Source: Phycisphaerae bacterium (lineage in GTDB: Bacteria > Planctomycetota > Phycisphaerae > UBA1845). Taken from it: DNA of 45,889 nucleotides. The DNA lies in assembly GCA_029260025.1 (NCBI GenBank), contig JAJDDZ010000044.1, positions 1 to 45,889 of the forward strand, in the 5' to 3' direction. The notes beneath the pieces are model-generated. The model searched no databases, had not been told where the DNA came from, and saw only the letters and a program-made list of their open reading frames with translations. This document shows, one piece after another, positions 17,504 through 25,493 of this stretch (within the stretch, counting starts at the first letter, position 1; each line of letters begins with the position of its first letter). The position numbers and the translations under genes were made by a program.

Positions 17504-18616
17504 TTAATTGGCGACGGAGGCTGGCGTGTAGTCTAGTCCGAATGTATCCGCGACGGGTTTGTACGTGATTTTCCCGCGTTCGACGTTGACCCCGGCTGCG
17601 AGTCCGGCGTCACTGGCACAAGCGTCATGGTACCCCATATCTGCTAGCTTCAGAGCGTACGGAAGCGTCGCGTTGGTCAGGGCAAAAGTCGACGTTCGCC
17701 CGACCGCGCCGGGCATATTCGCAACGCCGTAGTGGACAATTCCGTCAACCATATAGACCGGATCTTCGTGGGTTGTTGGGCGGATCGTTTCACAACACCC
17801 GCCTTGGTCCACGCCGACATCGACGATCACCGCGCCTGGTTGCATGATGCCGAGGTCCTGTTTGGTGACCAGAATCGGGCAACGCGCGCCGGGGATTAGG
17901 ACAGCTCCGACGACAAGGTCGGACGTGGCGAGATACTTGTGCATTGCAAGCCTATCGCTGTAAATCGTGTGGACATTGGCGGGCATGACATCGTCGAGGT
18001 ACCGAAGTCGATCGACGTTGACGTCCATGATCGTAACCTTCGCTCCGAGACCCGCCGCAACCTTGGCGGCGTTTGTCCCGACGATTCCGCCGCCGATGAT
18101 GAGTACCTGAGCGGGCTCAACACCCGGGACGCCGCCCAGAAGAATCCCGCGACCCTCCATCGGTTTTTCGAGAAACTTAGCGCCCTCTTGAATGCTCATC
18201 TTCCCCGCGACTTCGCTCATCGGCGTCAGCAGTGGAAGGCGACCCTGGGTATCGGTGATAGTTTCGTAGGCGATCGCGATCGAACCAGACTCGATACAGC
18301 CGTCGGTCAGCTCGCGGTCCGCTGCGAAGTGAAAGTAGGTGAACATGATCTGGCCGTCGCGCATCATCTTGCGCTCTGGGGCGAGCGGTTCTTTGACCTT
18401 GACGATCATGTCCGCTTTTGCGAAGACGTCGCTGGCCGAATCGACGATCGTTCCGCCGACGGCTGTGTATTCGTCGTCGCTGATTCCAGACCCCGTCCCA
18501 GCTTCCGCCTGGACAAGAACGGCGTGCCCACGGCGGACGAGTTCGTCCACGCCCACGGCGGTCATACTGACGCGATATTCATGCGTCTTCGTTTCTTTGG
18601 GGATACCGACTATCAT
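17504..18616 (-). CDS. ald: alanine dehydrogenase
   Basis: ATG at 18616 ('MIVGIPKETKTHEYRVSMT'). NAD-binding fold 'VLIIGGGIVGTNAAKVAAGLGAKVTIMD'. 370 aa. Confidence 0.92.
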   Translation of the reverse strand: MIVGIPKETKTHEYRVSMTAVGVDELVRRGHAVLVQAEAGTGSGISDDEYTAVGGTIVDSASDVFAKADMIVKVKEPLAPERKMMRDGQIMFTYFHFAADRELTDGCIESGSIAIAYETITDTQGRLPLLTPMSEVAGKMSIQEGAKFLEKPMEGRGILLGGVPGVEPAQVLIIGGGIVGTNAAKVAAGLGAKVTIMDVNVDRLRYLDDVMPANVHTIYSDRLAMHKYLATSDLVVGAVLIPGARCPILVTKQDLGIMQPGAVIVDVGVDQGGCCETIRPTTHEDPVYMVDGIVHYGVANMPGAVGRTSTFALTNATLPYALKLADMGYHDACASDAGLAAGVNVERGKITYKPVADTFGLDYTPASVAN

Positions 18617-18767
18617 GCTAAAAATCACTCCAGTTTTCGCTGACAAAATGCTCCTCGACTATATCGCGGCGCCGTTGTGGACGCAATGATGGTCGGCAGC
18701 GGCGTGGGGACGTCGCTGTCCGAATTTGTCTCGGTTAAGGGTGGCTGTGACTCGGGGTCGGAAACCG

Positions 18768-21353
18768 CTAAGGTTCGCTTCGATTCTCATCAAGCCCAGC
18801 CATTCTATCGCGCATCGTTTTGACAGCTATTCCGTCCGCATCAATGATTATTTCAATGGCTCCGCTATCTGCGGTGTTAAACAGCCGGTACGGTTGTGCG
18901 ATTTCGTCGATGCCGTTGATCGTTTCGCTCATGCGTTCACTTGATGACCGGATCAAAATCGACGGATCGACTGCGGAGACAAACGCCTGTGTTGTTTGAA
19001 CGACGCCCCCATGATGCGGTAAAAAAAGAACATCCGCGCCCAGTCCGCCCCGGTCCAATAGCGCTCGTTGTGATTCTATTTCGATATCACCTGTCATCAG
19101 AATGCTCTTGCCCTCGTATGTGATTCGCAGGACTGTCGATGTGTCGTTGGTTGTGTATCTTTCGTTTCCTTCGGCGGTGGGCCAGAGGTATTCGACGGAA
19201 ACGAGGTCGTACGCCCATTTCGCAGGTGCGGGCGACAAGGTCTCGACGGGATGGTCTTGCTCGCCAAGTAGCGCCAGGAGTTTTCTTGATGGAGACCGAA
19301 GCTTGGTCCGGTTTTCAAAAAGATGATTGATAATGACTGGTCCGGTTTCGATTGACTGAGTTACGGTGGGTATACCGCTGAAGTGATCGAGGTTCGGGTG
19401 CGTGATGAAGATGCGGTCGATGCTTGTGATTCCGCGCGTCAGTAGAAATGGCGTGATTGTCGAAGCACCGGGGTCTGAGGCGTAGGAGCTGCCCGCGTCA
19501 TAGAGAAACGTTTCGCCAGTTGGCATCTCGATTACGGTTGCAGAGCCACGTCCCATCGACAGCACCGTCACCGTGAGTTTGCCCGAGTTAGCTGCGGGCA
19601 AAAACCAGGCAATCAGTCCGATCCCCAAAATCGCGAAGGCAATGTTCGATGTCCACCGCGGAACGATGGAAACAGCCATATCTTTTTCGTCTTTTTCATT
19701 CTCTTCGACGGTGTCCAGCCGGACACGCTTTTGTGCTGCAAGGACGAACATAATCAAGGCGACATAGTAGAGGCCAACGAGATACGTCGGCGGTTTCGCG
19801 ACCGTAATTGCAGAACCGGGAAGCTGCGCGAATAACTCGACGCAACTCAACAGTAGTCCACTCAAAGACTGAAGAAAGCTTCCCAGAAACACACCCCCGG
19901 TTGGTGAAACCAGGCCGACCATCATTTTCAAGAAGCCCAGCGCCATGACGATCGTGACGAACGGAAGTAATAATAGCGAACTGAGGATCCCCCAGAGATG
20001 AACGCGAAAGAAAACGCCCGCGACGATAGGTAAAGCAGCGAACCAGGCAGCCGTCGAAATCGAAAGACCCTGGACGAGCTTCCACTTCGCGTGGCGGATC
20101 AAGCGAGTCAACGCGGGCGTGGAGTGTTCGGTATTCATCGATTCGTGGCAAAACAGTTGTGCGATCAGCGCACGAAACGCCGGCGCGAGATAACTCACGC
20201 CCAAGACCGCCGCTGTCGAGAGCTGATACCCAATGTCAAAGATCATCTCCGGACGCATGATCGCCAGAACAACAACGCAGGCTGAGACCCAGTTGAGGCG
20301 CGATCGCTGTCGATGAAACAGGCACGCAATGCAATAGATCGTCCCGATGATACTCGCGCGGAGAATCGGTGGACGAGGTTCCGCGACGACCGCGTAGAAG
20401 ACGATCGCGACCATCATCGCCAGAATCCGCGTCCGTCCGGTTGCGCCCAGCAATCGCGCGATCGCACGCGCGAGCCACATAACGATCACCAGATGAACGC
20501 CGCTAACCGCGAGAAAGTGAACGCATCCCGCCCGGATAAAAAGATCGTTGACAATGCGACTCACCTCGGAACGCTGTCCGAGGACCATCCCTTCAAGCAG
20601 ACCGGTCGACCCGCTTACCTCGGCGCTGACCCCGTCGACGAGCAAATGGCGCAGGCGCTGACGGAGAGTTCCTAGAAGACTCTGGGTCGTCGAATCGCCG
20701 GGTTGACCGACTTGTCGAATCGCCTCGCGATGTTTGCATTTGATTTGCGCGACGATCCCTTGACTTCGAGAGTACGTCTCCCAGTCAAAAGAACCGGGAT
20801 TATCGAGCGGGCGAAGGGCGTAGAGTCTTCCGAAGATTTCGATCTCGTCGCCCTCATCGAGGTCCAAGACCGGTTCCAGAACCGTCACTCGCACATAACC
20901 TGTTGCTGGGATTGGGTCCTTGTCCCCGGCGATCGAATCGACCGCGAGAACGAATCCTGTTCGCTTGATTCGATGCGTCCAGGTGGAGAACGGCGATCGA
21001 GACGGTGGAAGGATCCGTGGCTGGTGGACAACGGTGCCCAGGAGTCGGGCTAGGCTTCCGCTTTCAGTGGCGTATCGTTCGATACTGTCAGCCGGCGTGA
21101 CCCGGGCGCTTGAGAAATGAAGCAGTCCGCCCACCGCGACCGAAGCTACCAATATGCAAACGAATCCAAATCGGCGGCGAATCGGCGCGACGATGATAGA
21201 ACTCGACGCGATGACCAGTGGGAAAACGTACGAGAGCCCCGGCGGCGTCGTGAGGTCGTCGAGGACGATTCCCATCGCCAAACCCAGACCGACCGGAAAG
21301 AGCGGTGCGGTTTCCAAAAGGCGAATCGGCGGTTTGTTAGTCTCGCTGCTCAT
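18768..21353 (-). CDS. comEC: ComEC/Rec2 DNA internalisation channel with metallo-beta-lactamase domain
   Basis: Multi-TM competence domain 'FLAVSGVHLVIV'. C-terminal MBL fold 'ITHPNLDHFSGI' and 'LFLPHHGG'. The start is ATG 21353, or upstream at 21413. Confidence 0.85.
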   Translation of the reverse strand: MSSETNKPPIRLLETAPLFPVGLGLAMGIVLDDLTTPPGLSYVFPLVIASSSIIVAPIRRRFGFVCILVASVAVGGLLHFSSARVTPADSIERYATESGSLARLLGTVVHQPRILPPSRSPFSTWTHRIKRTGFVLAVDSIAGDKDPIPATGYVRVTVLEPVLDLDEGDEIEIFGRLYALRPLDNPGSFDWETYSRSQGIVAQIKCKHREAIRQVGQPGDSTTQSLLGTLRQRLRHLLVDGVSAEVSGSTGLLEGMVLGQRSEVSRIVNDLFIRAGCVHFLAVSGVHLVIVMWLARAIARLLGATGRTRILAMMVAIVFYAVVAEPRPPILRASIIGTIYCIACLFHRQRSRLNWVSACVVVLAIMRPEMIFDIGYQLSTAAVLGVSYLAPAFRALIAQLFCHESMNTEHSTPALTRLIRHAKWKLVQGLSISTAAWFAALPIVAGVFFRVHLWGILSSLLLLPFVTIVMALGFLKMMVGLVSPTGGVFLGSFLQSLSGLLLSCVELFAQLPGSAITVAKPPTYLVGLYYVALIMFVLAAQKRVRLDTVEENEKDEKDMAVSIVPRWTSNIAFAILGIGLIAWFLPAANSGKLTVTVLSMGRGSATVIEMPTGETFLYDAGSSYASDPGASTITPFLLTRGITSIDRIFITHPNLDHFSGIPTVTQSIETGPVIINHLFENRTKLRSPSRKLLALLGEQDHPVETLSPAPAKWAYDLVSVEYLWPTAEGNERYTTNDTSTVLRITYEGKSILMTGDIEIESQRALLDRGGLGADVLFLPHHGGVVQTTQAFVSAVDPSILIRSSSERMSETINGIDEIAQPYRLFNTADSGAIEIIIDADGIAVKTMRDRMAGLDENRSEP

Positions 21354-21512
21354 GATGACAATCCCGCCGCACCCCGACCTACCCCGAATGCCCCCGACGG
21401 CCCCACGCATCACGACTTACGGATTCTAGTTGGGACTGTAGCATGATGACAGTCCGGCGCGATTCAGCCTCCTTGCGGGCGGCCGGTCCGGGTCCATAAT
21501 CGTTAATGCAGC

Positions 21513-22790
21513 GTGGATTTGAGTTTAGTGCGAGGGTTTTTGGTGGGCGTGATGGCGACAATGTGGGTAATATTGGGTGGGCTGGTTGCACTAATGTGGC
21601 TTGTGCGCCTGCTAGTCATGGGGCCCATGCTGCGCCGGCGTCATCCGCTCACGTCCAACTCGACGTCAAAACTTCCTCCCACTCCCCCGAAGGTTTCGGT
21701 GTTGGTGGCTGCCAAGGATGAAGAGCGGGATATCGCGACGTGCGTGAATACTCTTCTGAGTCAGGACTACCCGTCGCTTGAAGTGATCGCCATCAACGAC
21801 CGCAGCGAGGATCGAACGGGGGAGATTCTCGCAGAGATTGCCTCACAAAATTCTGAAGTATTCTCGGTTGTGACGGTTGAGGCGCTCCCGCCCAGCTGGT
21901 TCGGAAAACCTCACGCGATGCACCTAGGCACACAGCAGGCGAGCGGGGATTGGTTGCTCTTTACCGATGCGGACTGCGTTTTCGACGACCCGCGCGCGAT
22001 TTCAATCGCCGTCGCGCACGCGATCGATCGTAAGACCGATCTTCTAACGATCATCCCCGCACTCGAAGCACTGACGTGGTGGGAGCACATCTTGCAACCC
22101 GTCTGCGCCATCGTATTGATGTTCTGGTTTCAGCCCGACAAAGTGAACGATCCGCGCTCGTCTGTCGCCTACGCGAACGGGGCATTCATTTTGTTCAAGC
22201 GAACAGCCTTCGATCAAATCGGCGGACACGAGGTCGTTCGCCGCGACGTGAATGAAGATACAAAGCTCGCGCGAGTCGCGAAGGTAGCGGGCCTATCACT
22301 GCGAGTCGAGGAAAATGTTGGCTTGTACCACACGCGCATGTACGAATCGATGCGGCAGGCGCTTCGGGGGTGGGGTCGAATCTTCGCCGGTGCGCTCCTT
22401 CGCCCCGGCAAGTTACTCATCGCTCTAGCGCTACTGGGGACGTTTTCCGTAGGCCCATGGGCGGGTTTTTTCGTCAGTCTGATCTTGCGAGGTTCGCTTG
22501 CGGATTCAGCGAACTGGGCGATTGGTCTTTGGGGTGCTTCTGCGATCCTAATGCAGTTAACGATGTTGCAACTTTACGGGGCGGTCGGTTTTGGCAAAGT
22601 TTGGTCCCTTGGGTATGGGCTCGGTGCGACGGGCGTGCTCATGATACTGTTCAGCGCCTTCTTGAAATCAACGGGCGCGACGACCACGAAATGGCGAAAT
22701 ACAACCTATCGCGCCGGCGAAAAAAACGGGCATTCTACGACGACGGACGTATCGGTTCACGCACCTTCCGCTGAGAATACATCTTCCTAA
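21513..22790 (+). CDS. membrane-bound family-2 glycosyltransferase (CrtQ/HpnB-like subgroup)
   Basis: Contains 'VSVLVAAKDEERDI', 'INDRSEDRT', 'LPPSWFGKPHAM' and 'FTDADCVF' (DXD), with C-terminal TM helices. The start is GTG 21513, or ATG 21552. Confidence 0.8.
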   Translation: MDLSLVRGFLVGVMATMWVILGGLVALMWLVRLLVMGPMLRRRHPLTSNSTSKLPPTPPKVSVLVAAKDEERDIATCVNTLLSQDYPSLEVIAINDRSEDRTGEILAEIASQNSEVFSVVTVEALPPSWFGKPHAMHLGTQQASGDWLLFTDADCVFDDPRAISIAVAHAIDRKTDLLTIIPALEALTWWEHILQPVCAIVLMFWFQPDKVNDPRSSVAYANGAFILFKRTAFDQIGGHEVVRRDVNEDTKLARVAKVAGLSLRVEENVGLYHTRMYESMRQALRGWGRIFAGALLRPGKLLIALALLGTFSVGPWAGFFVSLILRGSLADSANWAIGLWGASAILMQLTMLQLYGAVGFGKVWSLGYGLGATGVLMILFSAFLKSTGATTTKWRNTTYRAGEKNGHSTTTDVSVHAPSAENTSS

Positions 22791-22803
22791 GAAACCAGTA
22801 ACG

Positions 22804-23382
22804 ATGTCAACCGACGACCAACCAGTCCAATCGAATGTCTCCCAAGACGATAGCGCAAACCCCCGCAATTTCGCGATGGGGACGGGGGTCGTGTTTCAGT
22901 CGGTCGGATGCATCTTACTCTTTGGTGGTTGCTGTCTTTGGTCGATCAGCGGGCACCTTGTCACCCCGGACGCGACACCCCCTGACACTTGGCTCGGATA
23001 TTTCTCCAGTAGAACATCAGCTGTTGCTTGGACGATGGGTGTTACAACCAGTTTCGTCGGCGGACTTGGGCTAGCAGCCATCGGAGTCGGGCTCCAGGGA
23101 GAGCGAGCATCAAGCGGGAAGCTCAGCGTGATCGCCACAGCCATTTTGACGATCATGTTTGCGATCGTGGCGTGCCTGTTGGGCATTGAAGAGTCGCGAT
23201 GGGGGGCGGCAATTGTTCCGATGGTCTTGGCGGTCGGGATGTTTGTCCTCTTTCTACTATCCCTGCGCAGCTCGCATATTCTTAGACGGTTTCCACCCCC
23301 GCCGCATACCGAAGCGACAGAAGAAGTGCTGGGCGAGATCCAAAAGCGTCGCGAAGAGCGGCGAAAGTACTACGACGCCTGA
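22804..23382 (+). CDS. hypothetical 4-TM membrane protein
   Basis: 192 aa with hydrophobic helices. It starts 13 nt after the GT2 stop. I recognised no family. Confidence 0.5.
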   Translation: MSTDDQPVQSNVSQDDSANPRNFAMGTGVVFQSVGCILLFGGCCLWSISGHLVTPDATPPDTWLGYFSSRTSAVAWTMGVTTSFVGGLGLAAIGVGLQGERASSGKLSVIATAILTIMFAIVACLLGIEESRWGAAIVPMVLAVGMFVLFLLSLRSSHILRRFPPPPHTEATEEVLGEIQKRREERRKYYDA

Positions 23383-23490
23383 CATATTCAAACGAATTCG
23401 CTTCGTATCGCCAGCGGTCTCGGTGGACCGCTACCGCGCATCGTCTATAATCGACTCGACAAATAGCGCACAACAAGGGACGATTCTCTC

Positions 23491-24660
23491 ATGAAAAACA
23501 ATTCCTCATGCTCAATCAATGGCTTTGCGATGATGTTGTGCGCATCAGGCGTAGTCGTCGCAGGCCCCGCACCAGCGAAACCGATCCCAGCCAAGACGGC
23601 GATGACTCTCGATGTCGCCACGCGATCCGGTGTCTCGATCCAAAAAGGCCTCGCGTTTCTCGTTTCTCAGCAGCGAGCCGACGGCGCGTGGGAGGCGTTC
23701 GGCAAACCGCACCCAGCCATCACGGCCCTGGCGGTCAAGGCGCTCGCGAAGGATCGCCGCTTCGGTAGCGACCACCCCGTCGTGAAGCGTGGTCTAGCCT
23801 ACGTCCTCAAATTCGTCCAAGACGATGGCGGAATTTACGTCCCGGGCGAAGGGATGAGAAATTATCATACAAGTGTCGCACTGATGGCACTTTCGTCCAT
23901 GAAGAAAAGCGAGCACGCGTCTGCCATCACCGGCTCGCAGCGTTTTCTCAAGAAGCTCCAATGGGACGACGGCGAAGGTCATGAAGCCAGCAGCAACTGG
24001 TACGGCGGCGCAGGATACGGTAAGCACAAAAGACCCGATCTCTCCAATACCCAGCTCATGCTCGAAGCGTTGCATCAAAGCGGACTGACCGCGGATGACC
24101 CAGCCTACAAGAAGGCGATGAAGTTCATCGAGCGATGTCAGCTGAACGGCGAAACAAACGACCAGGATTTCGCGAGAGGTTCAAGAGACGGCGGTTTCGT
24201 TTATACAGCCGCAAACGGCGGCGAGTCGAAGGCTGGCGTTGAGACCGTTGATACCGACACTCGCCTTCGAAGTTACGGGTCAATGACCTACGCAGGCTTC
24301 AAGAGCATGCTGTACGCCAGCGTCGATCGCGACGATCCTCGCGTTCTTTCTGCATTGAAGTGGATTCGCAAGCATTACACGCTCGATCACAATCCAAACA
24401 TGCCGGCTAAAGACGCCAAGCAGGGTTTGTACTATTATTATCACGTCTTCGCTCGCGCTCTTGTTGCATGGGGCGAGGAAACGATCGAGGACGGGACCGG
24501 AATCCCGCATCACTGGCGGGTTGAGTTGTGCGAAAAGTTAATGACGTTGCAGCGATCGGACGGAAGCTGGATGAACGAGGCTGACCGTTGGTACGAAGGC
24601 AACCCGCACTTGGTGACCGCCTACGCTGTCCTCGCAATGCAGGCAGCGCTCTTGGAGTAA
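23491..24660 (+). CDS. secreted prenyltransferase/squalene-oxidase (QW) repeat protein
   Basis: N-terminal signal-like segment. QW-type motifs 'QQRADGAW', 'VQDDGGIY' and 'LQRSDGSW', consistent with an alpha/alpha-toroid repeat style. Confidence 0.8.
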   Translation: MKNNSSCSINGFAMMLCASGVVVAGPAPAKPIPAKTAMTLDVATRSGVSIQKGLAFLVSQQRADGAWEAFGKPHPAITALAVKALAKDRRFGSDHPVVKRGLAYVLKFVQDDGGIYVPGEGMRNYHTSVALMALSSMKKSEHASAITGSQRFLKKLQWDDGEGHEASSNWYGGAGYGKHKRPDLSNTQLMLEALHQSGLTADDPAYKKAMKFIERCQLNGETNDQDFARGSRDGGFVYTAANGGESKAGVETVDTDTRLRSYGSMTYAGFKSMLYASVDRDDPRVLSALKWIRKHYTLDHNPNMPAKDAKQGLYYYYHVFARALVAWGEETIEDGTGIPHHWRVELCEKLMTLQRSDGSWMNEADRWYEGNPHLVTAYAVLAMQAALLE

Positions 24661-24667
24661 AGCGATC

Positions 24668-25249
24668 GTGACGAGCGACCCAAACGACCGATACGAGGAG
24701 GCATTCGGCAGCGATATTCCAGAATTGGAAGACGCAACCGATGTGCCAAAAGCCGCTGACGTTGTCGAGGACGACGAAACAGAAGTCGAGCTCGACGTCG
24801 CTGCCCGTTCGCTGACCGGCGATGAATCAGACGAGGCTGAAGACGTATCCGCCCAGCCAGACGGAAGCGAAGAACTGCTCGGCGAAATCGATGACCTGTC
24901 CGATGTCGCCCACATTTCAGATGAGCCCGTTGAGACCCTCACCGCTCGCACGCCCCGGCGCGTCGGCGAATGGGAGCTTGAACCGTCCGCCCACAACGTC
25001 GTCGTCGAGCTAAAGCGCATCGAAAATGAAGTCCGAGAGCTACTAGAGGGTGTCGATAGTCGTCGTAAACGCCGGCTGGGCGGAACACAGCGCTGGCACG
25101 AGCTGGAGGAGGACATTATTGGCTGGAAGTTTGGCGGAAGGGTCCCAGAGGACTCGCTTCGGCGTCTGCAGGAGCTGGTGACCCGGCGACACTTCCTTTT
25201 CCGCCACCTGGAATTCTTAGCTGCCACCCGACCTGTCTTGAATAGCTAG
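24668..25249 (+). CDS. hypothetical protein, acidic N-terminal half and basic helical C-terminus
   Basis: GTG start 7 nt after the previous stop. The N-terminal half is D/E-rich. The C-terminal 'ELKRIENEVRELLEGVDSRRKRRLGGTQRWHELEEDI' looks structured. I preferred it over the Ser-rich antisense ORF. Confidence 0.5.
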   Translation: MTSDPNDRYEEAFGSDIPELEDATDVPKAADVVEDDETEVELDVAARSLTGDESDEAEDVSAQPDGSEELLGEIDDLSDVAHISDEPVETLTARTPRRVGEWELEPSAHNVVVELKRIENEVRELLEGVDSRRKRRLGGTQRWHELEEDIIGWKFGGRVPEDSLRRLQELVTRRHFLFRHLEFLAATRPVLNS

Positions 25250-25493
25250 TTGCGACAAGTACCGTTCGGGCAGGCATCGATTGGGTCGGCATCGATCACG
25301 TAGGAACAGCTCAGGATCGAGCCGTCCGAAAAAACGCCTGTTTTTCCATTCAAACCGCGTCTATAGACGTTTTTCCTCGTCCAACGATGGTTGATTCAGC
25401 CCGATCCCGCCACTACTATTGTTGTGTGTCCGAATCCTCGTTGGGGGAGGGTTTTGAGCGGGCGGATAGGGTGTTCGACTTGGGGGGATTTTC

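Noticed and set aside
19383-19400. ComEC metallo-beta-lactamase motif reads HPNLDH instead of HxHxDH, considered as an inactive nuclease domain
   Set aside because: ComEC-type MBL domains commonly deviate from the canonical HxHxDH signature. Without a family alignment I cannot call this degenerate.
23413-23432. 7-bp hairpin AGCGGTC-N6-GACCGCT after the 4-TM protein gene
   Set aside because: No U-tract follows and the stem is short. A TATAAT box (23446-23451) just downstream suggests this is simply promoter-region sequence. The evidence is insufficient for a terminator or attenuator.
24538-25227. 229-aa Ser/Arg-rich minus-strand ORF
   Set aside because: It is antisense to the acidic protein gene (24668-25249). 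The plus-strand frame fits the operon, starting 7 nt after the preceding stop, and has a structured-looking C-terminus. The minus-strand product is pure S/R low complexity.
25358-25369. Perfect 12-nt palindrome CGTCTATAGACG followed by T5, upstream of the S8 protease
   Set aside because: It is too short for a stable terminator (4-bp stem) and is a single occurrence with no partner site. It may be a binding site, but nothing supports that.
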